Source: Alphaproteobacteria bacterium | GTDB lineage: Bacteria > Pseudomonadota > Alphaproteobacteria > GCA-2731375 | Direction of reading: 5' to 3' | NCBI GenBank assembly: GCA_965232515.1 | Contig: CBDDPY010000002.1 | Coordinates: forward strand, 3,712,001 to 3,776,000 | DNA length: 64,000 nt | Shown: positions 1-9,918 of the stretch, piece after piece | How the letters are laid out: the number at the start of each line of letters is the position of its first letter | Position numbering within the stretch: the first letter of the stretch is position 1 | Made by a program: the position numbers and the translations under genes | Notes under the pieces: generated by a model | Told to the model about the DNA's origin: nothing | What the model saw: the letters and a program-made list of their open reading frames with translations, nothing else | The model's database searches: none

Positions 1-1
1 C

Positions 2-835
2 CGCCGGCACCAGCACGCGCAGGCGCACGGGCAGGCCCGCGTCCATGACCATCTCGGCGAGGCCCAGCACGGTCGCCGAGCCGCCCATGTCCTTCTTCAT
101 CTTCAGCATGCCGGCCGAGGTCTTGAGGTCGAGCCCGCCGGTGTCGAAGCAGACGCCCTTGCCCACCAACGTGAGTTTCGGCGCCGCGGCATCGCCCCAG
201 GTGATGTCGATCAGCCGCGGCGGATCGTCGCTCGCCCGACCGACCGCGTGGATCGCCGGATAGTTCTCGGCCAGCAGCGCTTCGCCGACGACGGCACGGA
301 ACGCCGCGCCGTGGCGGCCGGCCAGTTCCTCGGCCGCGCCCGACAGCTCGGACGGCCCCATATGATCGGCCGGCGTGTTGATCAGGTCGCGGGCCAGGAA
401 TGTTCCCGCCACCGTCCGCGCCGCCAGGCCGGCATCGGCGTTGGCCGGCAGGCCCAGCGTGGCGAATTCGTTCTCGGACTTGCGGTAGCGCGTGAACCGG
501 TAGCTGCCGAGCGCCCAGGCTATCGCGGCGCCGGTCGCGGCATCGGTATCGAGCTCGGTCGCGATCCGGTAGTCGCCCGGCGGCAGGCAGGCGGCGAGCC
601 CGCCATAGGCCCAGAGGTCGGGGTTCTCGCCCAGGCCGAGCACGACGCCGGCGAGCGCGCCGTCCGCGGCGGGCAGCAGGCAGGTGGCGCCGGCTTTGGG
701 CTTGAAGTTCGACTGCTTGAGCCAGGTCCGGACCTCGGGCGCCTGCGTCTCCGACCAGGCCGCGAAGTCGGGCTTGGCGACCGGCCAGATCGGTGTCGCG
801 TCCGACGCGGTTTCATCACTCACATGGGGGATCAC
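2..835 (-). CDS. Leucyl aminopeptidase family (M17) protein, 5' part; runs off the window edge
   Basis: Hand translation of the minus strand gives MIPHVSDETASDATPIWPV... and LTLVGKGVCFDTGGLDLKTSAGMLKMKKDMGGSA, the M17 metal-binding motif. GTG start at 835 with GAGGT upstream. Confidence 0.9.
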   Translation of the reverse strand, partial: MIPHVSDETASDATPIWPVAKPDFAAWSETQAPEVRTWLKQSNFKPKAGATCLLPAADGALAGVVLGLGENPDLWAYGGLAACLPPGDYRIATELDTDAATGAAIAWALGSYRFTRYRKSENEFATLGLPANADAGLAARTVAGTFLARDLINTPADHMGPSELSGAAEELAGRHGAAFRAVVGEALLAENYPAIHAVGRASDDPPRLIDITWGDAAAPKLTLVGKGVCFDTGGLDLKTSAGMLKMKKDMGGSATVLGLAEMVMDAGLPVRLRVLVPA

Positions 836-926
836 GTTCGACCTCGGGTGTGGCATGTTGGGAATGCGCCGGCAGCCTAGCATGCCGCCGGCCGATCGCA
901 GAACGGGCAACACGGGCGGCGGAAAG

Positions 927-1574
927 ATGGCGGATTTCGAGCTGGTGATCGGCAACAAGAACTACTCGTCCTGGTCGCTGCGGCCCTGGCTAGCGATGAC
1001 TCATTTCGGCATCCCGTTCCGTGAGACCATGGTTCTGCTGGACACGCCGACCATGAAGGCCGAGATCCTGGCGCACTCGCCGGCCGGCCGGGTACCGGTC
1101 CTGAAACATGGCGAGCTCGCGGTCTGGGACTCGCTGGCGATCCTGGAATATCTGGCCGAACGGTTTCCAGAGCACGGCTTCTGGCCGACCGACCGCGCGG
1201 CCCGCGCCCGCGCACGCTCGCTCGCGGCCGAGATGCACTCGGGCTTCCCGGACCTCCGCAACGAGCTGCCGATGGACTGCCGCGCCCGCCGGCCGGACCA
1301 CCGCTGGTCGGATGCGGCCGCCGACGACATCGCGCGCGTCAGGGCGATCTGGACCGAGACGCGCCAAACGTTCGGGACCGGCGGCGATTTCCTCTGCGGC
1401 CCTTTTGGCGCGGTCGACGCCATGTTCGCGCCGGTGGTGTCGCGGTTCGTGACTTACGGCGTGGCGCTGGACGGCGTCGCCACCGACTATCGCGACGCCG
1501 TCTGGAACCTGCCGGCCATGCAGGCCTGGCTGTCGGCCGCCGCCATCGAGGAGGCCGTAATGTCGGTTATTTGA
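927..1574 (+). CDS. Glutathione S-transferase family protein
   Basis: GNKNYSSWSLRPW, SPAGRVPVL and WDSLAILEYLAE motifs. ATG at 927 inside ORF 684..1574. Confidence 0.92.
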   Translation: MADFELVIGNKNYSSWSLRPWLAMTHFGIPFRETMVLLDTPTMKAEILAHSPAGRVPVLKHGELAVWDSLAILEYLAERFPEHGFWPTDRAARARARSLAAEMHSGFPDLRNELPMDCRARRPDHRWSDAAADDIARVRAIWTETRQTFGTGGDFLCGPFGAVDAMFAPVVSRFVTYGVALDGVATDYRDAVWNLPAMQAWLSAAAIEEAVMSVI

Positions 1575-2583
1575 GCAGACCGACCTCGCGGTAATACCGC
1601 GCGGCACCGTCGTGCAGCGGAATGGCGATGCCGTCGAGCGCGGTGTCCAACCGGATCAGCCGACCGTCGGGATGGCCGCGATCCAGAAGCCGCCGCGTCG
1701 TCCGATGCCAGAGCGCCGCCGTAATGCCGTAGATCACCTCATCCTCGACATCGGCCGAGACCAGCCATTGCGCGCCGACCGTCAAGGTCAGCCGCGCCGG
1801 CACATCGGTATAGACCCCTTGCGGAATGGTGCTGGGCACAAAGAACGGATGATCGCTCAGCATCCGATCGGCCTCTGGCCCATCAACCGAGAGCAGATCG
1901 ATCGGCGTATCGTCCGCCAGTTGGGCCACGGCCGATATCGGATGGCCGCCAACCACGAAGAAGGCATCGATTTCGCCTTTCCGCATCAGATCGCTGGCCG
2001 GCCCCGTCTGCAGATAGCTCGCCGTGTATTCCCAGGCGCCGAGACCGTAAGCCTCCAGGACGATGCGCGCGTCGACCACGGTGCCGGACTCTTCAGGTCC
2101 CAGCGAGATGCGCTTGCCCTTGAGATCGTGAATGGTTTCGATGCCGCTGTCGCGCCGGACCACGACATGCACGCTCTCGGGATAGAGGTTGGCGATCGCG
2201 CGCAACCGGGTCGACGGTCCGCGATCCGTGTACAGGCCCTGACCGTTATAGGCCCAGTAGGCGACGTCGGCCTGGCTGAACCCGGACTCCACGGCGCCGC
2301 TCTGGATCAGCGCCACGTTCTCGACCGAGCCCTGTGTCGACTGCGCCACGGCCAGCAGGCCCGGCACGCCGCAACTGCCGCCGTCCTCGCAGGCGCGGCT
2401 GCCCGGCGGACTGCTGATGGCGCTGGCGATGAGCGTTGCGATCGGAAAGTAGGTGCCGCTGGTGCCGCCCGTGGCGATCCGGAAGAAACGGATTTCCTGG
2501 GCGCTCGCGATCTGCGCGCCAGCCAGCGACAGGGCAATTGCCAGACAGCTCATACGTAGCGCGAACGCGGATTTCCAGAACAT
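1567..2583 (-). CDS. TAXI-family TRAP transporter solute-binding protein
   Basis: Signal peptide followed by FRIATGGTSGTYFP, STQGSVEN and IPLHDGAARYY. Start trimmed from ORF 1567..3414. Confidence 0.9.
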   Translation of the reverse strand: MFWKSAFALRMSCLAIALSLAGAQIASAQEIRFFRIATGGTSGTYFPIATLIASAISSPPGSRACEDGGSCGVPGLLAVAQSTQGSVENVALIQSGAVESGFSQADVAYWAYNGQGLYTDRGPSTRLRAIANLYPESVHVVVRRDSGIETIHDLKGKRISLGPEESGTVVDARIVLEAYGLGAWEYTASYLQTGPASDLMRKGEIDAFFVVGGHPISAVAQLADDTPIDLLSVDGPEADRMLSDHPFFVPSTIPQGVYTDVPARLTLTVGAQWLVSADVEDEVIYGITAALWHRTTRRLLDRGHPDGRLIRLDTALDGIAIPLHDGAARYYREVGLLK

Positions 2584-2590
2584 GACATTG

Positions 2591-2667
2591 GTTATACGCC
2601 CCTCTGTCGGCTCGACCAAGAGCCGCGCGACCGCCGAGTTGACAGGGCGATAGCCCGAGACCATGTT
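2591..2667. promoter_or_regulatory. Back-to-back sigma70-like promoters for the TAXI gene (-) and the PaaI pair (+)
   Basis: Plus strand: TTGACA(2639)-N17-CATGTT, 9 nt before ATG 2677. Minus strand: TTGGTC(2619)-N17-TATAAC, 7 nt before ATG 2583. Confidence 0.5.
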
Positions 2668-2676
2668 CGCCCGACG

Positions 2677-3147
2677 ATGACGGACAATCCCGGCTTCGAT
2701 CTCGACAACATCCGCCAGCTCGTGCGGCAGGGCATCCCGCATGTGCGGGCGCTTGGTGTCGACGTCGTGTCGGTCGAGGTCGGCAAGATGACGGTCAGCC
2801 TGGATTATCAGGAGTGGCTGGTCGGCAATCCCGAGACGGGCGTGCTGCACGGCGGCGTGATCACGACACTCTTGGACACGGTCAGCGGCCTTGCCGTGCA
2901 CGCGGCGCTGCAGAAGTTCCTGCCGATCGCGACGCTCGACTTGCGCATCGACTATCTGCGTCCGGCGATGCCGGGCGAGACCCTGTTCGCCTTCGCCCAT
3001 TGCTACAAGGTGACCCGCAACGTCGCGTTTACCCGCGGCGTCGCCTATCACGACGATATCGACGATCCCATCGCCAACACCGCCGGTTCGTTCATGCTGT
3101 CGACGGCCGGCCCTTCGATGGGCGGCAAGCGGAAGGCCAGGGGCTGA
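2677..3147 (+). CDS. PaaI-family (hotdog fold) thioesterase
   Basis: GNPETGVLHGGVITTLLDT and ATLDLRIDYLRPA. Confidence 0.9.
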   Translation: MTDNPGFDLDNIRQLVRQGIPHVRALGVDVVSVEVGKMTVSLDYQEWLVGNPETGVLHGGVITTLLDTVSGLAVHAALQKFLPIATLDLRIDYLRPAMPGETLFAFAHCYKVTRNVAFTRGVAYHDDIDDPIANTAGSFMLSTAGPSMGGKRKARG

Positions 3148-3587
3148 TGGCGGCGTCGTTCCTCGACATGCTGAACAAGGCGCGCGCGGCGCAGGATCCG
3201 CGCCTGGTGCTCGACGCCATTCCTTACGCCAAGTTTCTGGGCATGGACGTTCAGGAGGCCGACGACGGCGGTTTTCTGTCCGTACTGCCGTTCGACGACA
3301 TGCTGATCGGCAATCCGATGCTGCCGGCGATTCATGGCGGCGTAACCGGCGCGTTTCTGGAGAACACGGCGATCGTGACGCTGTTGTGGGAGCGCGACAC
3401 CACGAAGATGCCAAAGACCATCAACATCACGGTTGAGTATCTGCGTTCCGGCCGGCCACAGGATACCTTCGCGGTAGGCATCCTGACGCGGCAGGGCCGC
3501 CGCGTCGCCACGGTCAGGACCGAGGCCTGGCAGGACGACCGGACGCAACCGATCGCCGTTGCCACCGCGCATTTCCTGCTGGCCTGA
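3147..3587 (+). CDS. PaaI-family thioesterase, second of a tandem pair
   Basis: IGNPMLPAIHGG and KTINITVEYLRSG. TGATG stop/start overlap at 3145-3149. Confidence 0.9.
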   Translation: MAASFLDMLNKARAAQDPRLVLDAIPYAKFLGMDVQEADDGGFLSVLPFDDMLIGNPMLPAIHGGVTGAFLENTAIVTLLWERDTTKMPKTINITVEYLRSGRPQDTFAVGILTRQGRRVATVRTEAWQDDRTQPIAVATAHFLLA

Positions 3588-3611
3588 CCGCCGGTCTATA
3601 CTGCCGGGGTC

Positions 3612-4514
3612 ATGGCAGCAAAAAACAAGATCTTCGCGCCGGCCGAACTGGGCGGCATCATTCCGCCGGCGACCACGCCCTTCACGGCGGGCGGCGCCGT
3701 CGACCTCAGGGCCTTCCGCAGCGAGTTGCGCTTTCTGCTGGACGCCGGCGTGCACGGCATCGCGGTCGGCGGCAGCACCGGCGAGGGCCACACGCTCAGC
3801 GCCGACGAATCGACCCAGTTGGTGACGACGGCGGTCGCGGCGACGGGCGGCAGGGTGCCCGTGATCGCCGGCATCATCGTCGATTCGACGCAACAGGCTA
3901 TCGACCGCGGCAAGACAGCCGCCAAGGCCGGCGCCAGCGCCCTGCAGATCACGCCGGTGCACTACCTGTTCCGGCCTGACGACGACCACATGCTGGCGCA
4001 CTTCCGCACGGTCGCCGAGGCCGTCAAACTGCCGATCATCATCTACAACGTGGTGCCCTGGAGCTATCTCTCGCCGGAACTGCTGATCCGCATCATGCGG
4101 CAGGTGCCGGGCGTCATCGGCGTCAAGCAGAGTGCCGGCGACCTGAAGCTGTTCGCCGACCTGATGCTGGGGGCGCCAAAGAGCGCCCGCATCTTCAGCG
4201 CCGTCGATGCATTGATGTATCCGTCCTTCAGCCTTGGCGCGCACGGCGCTGTCGCCGCCATCCTGACGGCGGCACCGAAAGCCTGCGTCGCGTTGTGGGA
4301 CGCGGTCGTGGCGGGCGACCACAAGTCAGCGCTCGATCTGCACAAGCGGTTGCTGGTGCTGTGGAACGCCATGATCGACGACAACCTGCCGGCCGTCGTC
4401 AAGTTCGCGCTGACCGTGCACGGCATCAACGGCGGCGCGCCGCGCGCGCCCATGCCGGCCGCGTCGGCAAAGCAACAGAAGGCGATTGTCGCTGCCCTGA
4501 AGCGTCTGCCCTAA
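3612..4514 (+). CDS. DHDPS/NAL-family class I aldolase or lyase
   Basis: GGSTGEG, IIIYNVVP and Schiff-base GVKQS motifs. Confidence 0.88.
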   Translation: MAAKNKIFAPAELGGIIPPATTPFTAGGAVDLRAFRSELRFLLDAGVHGIAVGGSTGEGHTLSADESTQLVTTAVAATGGRVPVIAGIIVDSTQQAIDRGKTAAKAGASALQITPVHYLFRPDDDHMLAHFRTVAEAVKLPIIIYNVVPWSYLSPELLIRIMRQVPGVIGVKQSAGDLKLFADLMLGAPKSARIFSAVDALMYPSFSLGAHGAVAAILTAAPKACVALWDAVVAGDHKSALDLHKRLLVLWNAMIDDNLPAVVKFALTVHGINGGAPRAPMPAASAKQQKAIVAALKRLP

Positions 4515-4555
4515 CCCACCGCAACGACCCGCATCGGGTTCAGAAAAAACGCGGT

Positions 4556-6841
4556 CTAGGCCTCCAGCGTGAACGGCAGGCGGCGCAGGCGCTGGCCGAT
4601 GGCGGCGAAGACGGCGTTGGCGACGGCCGGCGCGATCGGCGGCAGCGCGACCTCGCCGATGCCGCCGGGCCGGTCGCCGTTCGGCACCAGCACGGTTTCG
4701 ATCTTCGGCGCGGTGTCGAGCCGGATCATCTCGTAGTCCGGGAAGTTGCCCTGCTCGATCCGGCCATCGGCGACCGTGATCGCGCCATAGAGCGCGGCCG
4801 ACAGGCCGTAGATAACGCCGCTCTGCATCTGCGCGTCGATCGTGTCGGGATTGACCACGACGCCGCAATCGACCGCGCACCAGACGCGCTCGACCCGGAT
4901 CTCGCCGTCGACGACGGCGACTTCCGCGACCTGAGCGACGATGCTGCCGAAGGACTCGTGGAGCGCGATGCCGCGGCCGCGCCCGTCCGGCACCTCACCG
5001 CCCCAGTCCGCCGCCTTGGCGACGGCGTCCAGCACCGCCCGGTGCCGCGGTTTGTCGTTCAGCAGACCGCGCCGGAAGGCATACGGGTCCTTGCCGGCGG
5101 CGTGCGCCATCTCGTCGACGAAGCTCTCGAGGAAGAAAGCGTTCTGCGAATGGCCGACGCTGCGCCAGAAGCCGACGGGCACCGAATGGCGGCGCCAGCG
5201 ATGCCCGATCCGGCAATGCGGCATGGCGTAGGGCTGCTGGAAGGCGCCGGCGGCGTTCATGAAGGTCGACGAGCCGTCGCCGCCGCCCCAGGGCAACACG
5301 CGCTCGCCGAACTCGAACTCGACGGACTGGCTCGCCAGTTGGCCATCCCAGCCGACCAGCGCACCCTGCGCGTCGAGCGCGCCTTTGAAGCGGGCATGCG
5401 CCGCCGGCCGATAGGTATCGTTGCGGATGTCTTCTTCGCGGCTCCAGGTCAGCTTGACCGCGCGGCCCGGGAAGGCCTTGGCGACATGCGCCGCCTGCAG
5501 GACGAAGTCATTTTCGGCGCGCCGGCCGAAACCGCCGCCGAGATATGTCGTGTGCGACCGCACCGCGTCGCGTTCGACGCCAGTGCCGTCGGCCGTCGCC
5601 CAGACCGCCACCGTCGGCGATTGCGTCGGCGCCCAGACATCGGCCGTATTATCGGCGTTCAGGCGCACGGTGGCGTTCATCGGCTCCATGCAGGCATGCG
5701 CCAGATAGGGCACCGAATACTCCGCGTCGACAACCTTCGCCGCACCGTCAAAGCCGGCATCGACATCGCCCACCGCCTCGAAGACGTGGCTCGGCTCCTC
5801 GTCGAGGCTGGTTTGCAGATCTTGCGCAATGGCGATCGTCGAGACATCGCCGTTGCCGGCCGCATCGACCTCGATCGGCAGGGCCTCGGCCGCCTTGAAT
5901 GCGCGCCAGGTGTTATCCGCGACCACCGCCACGCCACCCGGCACCTCGACCACGCCCTCTACGCCGCGCATGTCGCGCACCGCGGCGGCGTCATAGCCGA
6001 CAATGCGGCCGCCCTTGACGGGACTGTGCCGCACGGCGGCATAGAGCATATTCGGTTCGGAAACATCGACGCCGAAGGTCGCGGCGCCGGTCGCCTTTTC
6101 GACCATGTCGACGCGCGGCTGCGGCGTACCGACCAGCCGGAACCGGCTCGCCGGCTTCAGCTCCGGATCGGACGGCGGCGTGAGGTCGGCCGCGGCGCGC
6201 GCGACAGCGGCATAGGCGAGCATGGTCTTACCGTCCGGATGCATGACCTTGCCGCCGGCGGCCTGGCAGTCCGCGGCATCGACGCCCCATTCCTTTGCCG
6301 CCGCCTCGATCAGAACCGTGCGCGCGGCCGCACCCGTCTGTCGCAACGGTGTCCAGGCGTCGATGACGCTGGTGCTGCCGCCGGTGCCGATATAGGGCAC
6401 GGAGGCCAGCACCTTGGCCATGACCCAGCGCAGCGGGTTGTTCTCGGCATGGAACAGGCCGGCGCCCTCCATCGGCAGTGCATAGTTGGTGTAGACGCCG
6501 TGCATATCCGGATGCTCGACCGTGACCCGGTCGAGATCGACCTCGAGCTCCTCGGCGATCAGCATGGCAAGGCCGGTATAGACGCCCTGCCCCATCTCGG
6601 CGCGCGGCACCGCCAGCGCGATGGTGCCGTCGGGCTCGATCCGGACCCAGGCGTTCAGCGCCACGGCGCCATCCGCGCCGGCCTTGGCGAAGTGTTCGGG
6701 AATGCCGGTGCCGGCCCGCGACAGCAGTCCGACACCCACGGCCAGACCACCGGCCGTGGTGACGCCGCCGATCAAAAAGGCGCGGCGGGTGATCTTCTTC
6801 CAACGGCCCTTCGGCTTGTCGGATTTCGCGGCCTCAGCCAT
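4556..6841 (-). CDS. Molybdopterin-binding subunit, isoquinoline 1-oxidoreductase beta / aldehyde oxidoreductase type
   Basis: Tat-like [33 protein letters not shown] and GGIGE motifs. Confidence 0.9.
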   Translation of the reverse strand: MAEAAKSDKPKGRWKKITRRAFLIGGVTTAGGLAVGVGLLSRAGTGIPEHFAKAGADGAVALNAWVRIEPDGTIALAVPRAEMGQGVYTGLAMLIAEELEVDLDRVTVEHPDMHGVYTNYALPMEGAGLFHAENNPLRWVMAKVLASVPYIGTGGSTSVIDAWTPLRQTGAAARTVLIEAAAKEWGVDAADCQAAGGKVMHPDGKTMLAYAAVARAAADLTPPSDPELKPASRFRLVGTPQPRVDMVEKATGAATFGVDVSEPNMLYAAVRHSPVKGGRIVGYDAAAVRDMRGVEGVVEVPGGVAVVADNTWRAFKAAEALPIEVDAAGNGDVSTIAIAQDLQTSLDEEPSHVFEAVGDVDAGFDGAAKVVDAEYSVPYLAHACMEPMNATVRLNADNTADVWAPTQSPTVAVWATADGTGVERDAVRSHTTYLGGGFGRRAENDFVLQAAHVAKAFPGRAVKLTWSREEDIRNDTYRPAAHARFKGALDAQGALVGWDGQLASQSVEFEFGERVLPWGGGDGSSTFMNAAGAFQQPYAMPHCRIGHRWRRHSVPVGFWRSVGHSQNAFFLESFVDEMAHAAGKDPYAFRRGLLNDKPRHRAVLDAVAKAADWGGEVPDGRGRGIALHESFGSIVAQVAEVAVVDGEIRVERVWCAVDCGVVVNPDTIDAQMQSGVIYGLSAALYGAITVADGRIEQGNFPDYEMIRLDTAPKIETVLVPNGDRPGGIGEVALPPIAPAVANAVFAAIGQRLRRLPFTLEA

Positions 6842-7310
6842 TGCGCGCGCCCTCCCCGATCGTCAGCGCCGCCTCGTGGATGGCGGCCCGGACCCGGTTG
6901 TAGGTGCCGCAGCGGCAGATGTTGGTCATCGCCGCGTCGATGTCGTCATCGCTCGGTCGCGCATTTTCGGCCAGCAATGCCGTCGCGGCCATGATCATGC
7001 CGGACTGGCAATAGCCGCATTGCGGCACCTGGTGCTTGACCCAGGCCGCCTGCACCGCGTGCAACGCATCGGGGGTGCCGATGCCTTCGATGGTCATCAC
7101 GTCGCTGTCGGCAACATCGCCGACCAACACCGAGCAGGACCGGCTCGCTTCGCCATCGATATGGACGGTGCAGGCCCCGCAGGCTGCGACCCCACAGCCG
7201 AACTTCGTGCCGGTCAGCCCGAGCTCGTCCCTGAGCGCCCAGAGCAGCGGCATATCGGGTTCGACATCGAGAGAGACCGCGCGACCGTTGACGCGGAAGG
7301 ATATGGCCAT
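6834..7310 (-). CDS. (2Fe-2S)-binding small subunit, IorA-like
   Basis: [24 protein letters not shown] and NICRCGTY. Confidence 0.93.
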   Translation of the reverse strand: MAISFRVNGRAVSLDVEPDMPLLWALRDELGLTGTKFGCGVAACGACTVHIDGEASRSCSVLVGDVADSDVMTIEGIGTPDALHAVQAAWVKHQVPQCGYCQSGMIMAATALLAENARPSDDDIDAAMTNICRCGTYNRVRAAIHEAALTIGEGARNG

Positions 7311-7432
7311 GTTTCGCCTCCGTAGCGGCGCGGCGACGGAGGCAACCCGTCCGCACGCACCCGGTAACTCGGCCGATCCCGGGACATCCGGGCCGCCGAC
7401 CCCGATTTCAGACTCACGCGAACAGGAATAGC

Positions 7433-7464
7433 TGACAAACTGACGTTTTCAACATCTTTTGTCA
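7433..7464. promoter_or_regulatory. Inverted repeat, candidate TetR operator
   Basis: TGACAAA-N18-TTTGTCA in the AT-rich gap between the iorA-like gene and the divergent tetR. Confidence 0.5.
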
Positions 7465-7508
7465 ATTTATCATTCCGTCTGCTGTTTTCAACATGCTAGA
7501 TTGCTGCC

Positions 7509-8141
7509 ATGCTCAAATCGTCAACCGACAAGCGCTCTAAAGTCCTCGAAGCGGCGCAGACCGCGTTCAGCCGCTATGGCTTCAAGCGCACGTCGATGGA
7601 CGATATCGCCAAGCTGGCCGGCATGTCGCGACCGGCGCTGTATTTGTTGTTTCGCAACAAGCAGGACGTGTTCCGATCGCTGTCCGAGCACCTGCAGATC
7701 AACGCGTTGGAAGCCGCGGAAGCGGCGCTCACCACGGACAAACCGTTCGTCGAACGGCTGCACGACGCCATTCTGGTCAAGGAAGAGATGCTGTTTCGGG
7801 TGGTCTCGGAATCGCCCCATGGCGAGGAGCTGTTCGATGCCAACACCGAGATCGCCGGCGACGTCACCGAGCGCACGCTGACACGGTTTCAAAAGTCGCT
7901 CGCCGGCGCCATCCAACATGCGGCGGACAGCCTGGAGATCGATATCGACCGTGTCGGCATGCCGCCGGACCGGCTGGCGGCCCTGCTGCTGGCCGGCATC
8001 CACGGCCTGAAGACACCGCTGCCTGAAGGCCGCGAACTGCGCCGCAAGCTGACTGATCTAGTCAAGTTGTTCGTCGCGGCGCTGACGACATCTGAAGCGA
8101 ACGAACGCCGTATGGCGGCAAGGGAGCGGGTTACGATCTAA
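7509..8141 (+). CDS. TetR/AcrR-family transcriptional regulator
   Basis: N-terminal HTH FSRYGFKRTSMDDIAKLAGMSRPALYLLF. Confidence 0.92.
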   Translation: MLKSSTDKRSKVLEAAQTAFSRYGFKRTSMDDIAKLAGMSRPALYLLFRNKQDVFRSLSEHLQINALEAAEAALTTDKPFVERLHDAILVKEEMLFRVVSESPHGEELFDANTEIAGDVTERTLTRFQKSLAGAIQHAADSLEIDIDRVGMPPDRLAALLLAGIHGLKTPLPEGRELRRKLTDLVKLFVAALTTSEANERRMAARERVTI

Positions 8142-8191
8142 CCCGCTATTCTCGCCCTCGCGACAGTGTTTCAGGCTGCCGCGCGTCCAGG

Positions 8192-9124
8192 TCAGTCGGC
8201 ACGACGCGCTTGAATCGCGCCGCTGGCAGGCGGCAGTTGTTCGATGAAATCGATGGCCTGGCTTAACGGCGAGTCCGTGTCGCGGAAGGGGGCGGCGAAG
8301 TTCAGGAGGATGCGGATATGGCCAGTGTCGGGTAGCGGCGCGTAGCGGGCCGCGACGCCGCTTGACCGTAGCGCCAGCGCCAGGCTTTGCGAGTTGCTCG
8401 GCCGCACCACTGTGTCCGCCTGCCCATGCAACAGCAGCGCCGGCGGCGCGTCGGAGCGCACGAAGTTGATCGGGCGGGTGTCGAATGGATCGGCGGCACT
8501 GGCGAAGATCGGCCGGGTCGAACGGTAGCGGCGGGGATCGAAGGCGTAGGGACCAGCCAGGCCGATCAGACCTTTGATCGCCGACGCCGGCACCTCGACG
8601 TCGCGCAGATACCGGCGGTCGAGCGCCGGCAGCGCCGCGATATGGGCGCCGGCGGAATGGCCGGCCAGAACGATCCGGTCGGGATTGCCGCCATGCAGGG
8701 CGATCGTGCGATGCACCCAGGCTACGGCGTCGGCGCCATCTTCGACAAAGGCCGGAAACGTGACCTCCGGATAGAGCCGATAGTCGGGAACGACGGTGAC
8801 GTAGCCCTGAGAGGCGAAGGCCTCGCCCATGAAACGATAGTCCTCGCGGTCGCCCCGCTTCCAGCTGCCGCCATAGAAGAATATGACGACGGTCCCGTCG
8901 GTGCTCGGATCGGTCGGCAGATAGAGGTCCAGGCGCTGCCGCTCGGCGTCGCCGAAGGCGATGTCGGTTTCAGTCGCATAGCCGTCCGCCGGCACGCTGG
9001 CGTTCAGTACCGAAAGCGGGGAACAGGCCGCCAACAATGCGGCCACGACGCCCAAGACGGCAAACTGTCTGTATCGGATTAATCGCACCTTGAGCCATAT
9101 GGCGCGCGGCCGCCGGCGGATCAA
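8192..9124 (-). CDS. Alpha/beta hydrolase (esterase/lipase), probable lipoprotein
   Basis: Lipobox LLAAC, FYGGSW oxyanion motif, GHSAG nucleophile, LLHGQADTVV. Start uncertain: the TTG overlaps the hmuV stop. Confidence 0.82.
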   Translation of the reverse strand: MIRRRPRAIWLKVRLIRYRQFAVLGVVAALLAACSPLSVLNASVPADGYATETDIAFGDAERQRLDLYLPTDPSTDGTVVIFFYGGSWKRGDREDYRFMGEAFASQGYVTVVPDYRLYPEVTFPAFVEDGADAVAWVHRTIALHGGNPDRIVLAGHSAGAHIAALPALDRRYLRDVEVPASAIKGLIGLAGPYAFDPRRYRSTRPIFASAADPFDTRPINFVRSDAPPALLLHGQADTVVRPSNSQSLALALRSSGVAARYAPLPDTGHIRILLNFAAPFRDTDSPLSQAIDFIEQLPPASGAIQARRAD

Positions 9125-9918
9125 GCCGTCGGACGTCCGTCCGGCAAGAGCTGCAGCCAGCCGCGCGTCGGATGACGTGTCTGCGTCACGGACAGATCGA
9201 ACACCGATTTGACGACATCGGGGGTCAAGACCTGCTCGGGCGGTCCGTCATGCACCAAACAACCGGCCTCCAAGACACAGAGCCGGTCGGCATAGATCGC
9301 GGCCAGGTTCAGGTCGTGCAAGATAACGACGACCCCCATGCCGCGCGCGGCAAATCGCCGGGCGGTGGCCAGCGCCGAATGCTGATGCGCAATGTCGAGG
9401 CTGGATGTCGGTTCGTCGAGCAGCAGAAAGCGGTTGCTCTCACTGGCCCCGGCGGGCCAGATCTGCGCCAGAACGCGGGCCATCTGGACGCGCTGCTGCT
9501 CGCCGCCCGACAGCGATGGATAAACCCGGTCCGCCAGATGCGTGACCTCGGTCTCGCGCATGGCCTGGGTGGCAATCTCAAGATCGTCCGCGTGGCTGCT
9601 TGTTCCGGCGTGGGGACTGCGGCCCAGCAGGACCACCTGCAGGGCCCGAAACGGAAACGAGATCGCCGTGCTCTGCGGCAGGACGGCACGGTGCGCGGCC
9701 AGCGCGCGGCGTGGCCAGGCGCCCAGCGGCCGGTCGTCCTGCAATACCTGGCCTTGGCGCGGCGTCAGCTCGCCCGACATCACGCGCATCAGGGTCGATT
9801 TACCCGAACCATTCGGCCCCAGCACCGCGACGACCTCGCCCGGCGCGACGGTGAGTGACACGCCGTTCAGCGCGCGCGTGCGCCCCAGCCTGACCTCGAT
9901 ATTCTCGGCGCGAAGCAT
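9121..9918 (-). CDS. hmuV: Heme ABC transporter ATP-binding protein
   Basis: GPNGSGKST, LSGGEQQRVQMARVLAQ and LLLDEPTSSLD, in heme-locus context. Confidence 0.92.
   Translation of the reverse strand: MLRAENIEVRLGRTRALNGVSLTVAPGEVVAVLGPNGSGKSTLMRVMSGELTPRQGQVLQDDRPLGAWPRRALAAHRAVLPQSTAISFPFRALQVVLLGRSPHAGTSSHADDLEIATQAMRETEVTHLADRVYPSLSGGEQQRVQMARVLAQIWPAGASESNRFLLLDEPTSSLDIAHQHSALATARRFAARGMGVVVILHDLNLAAIYADRLCVLEAGCLVHDGPPEQVLTPDVVKSVFDLSVTQTRHPTRGWLQLLPDGRPTA

Noticed and set aside
3612-4514. dapA
   Set aside because: It has GSTGE and the catalytic Lys but lacks DapA-specific context (YNVPGRT is YNVVPWS), so it is a family member of unknown substrate.
4295-6994. 899-aa plus-strand ORF, and similar long ORFs at 11767-14277, 18565-20850, 26437-28707 and 53995-55872
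   Set aside because: Antisense shadows of well-supported genes. High-GC codon bias suppresses stops on the opposite strand, and the translations show no family motifs.
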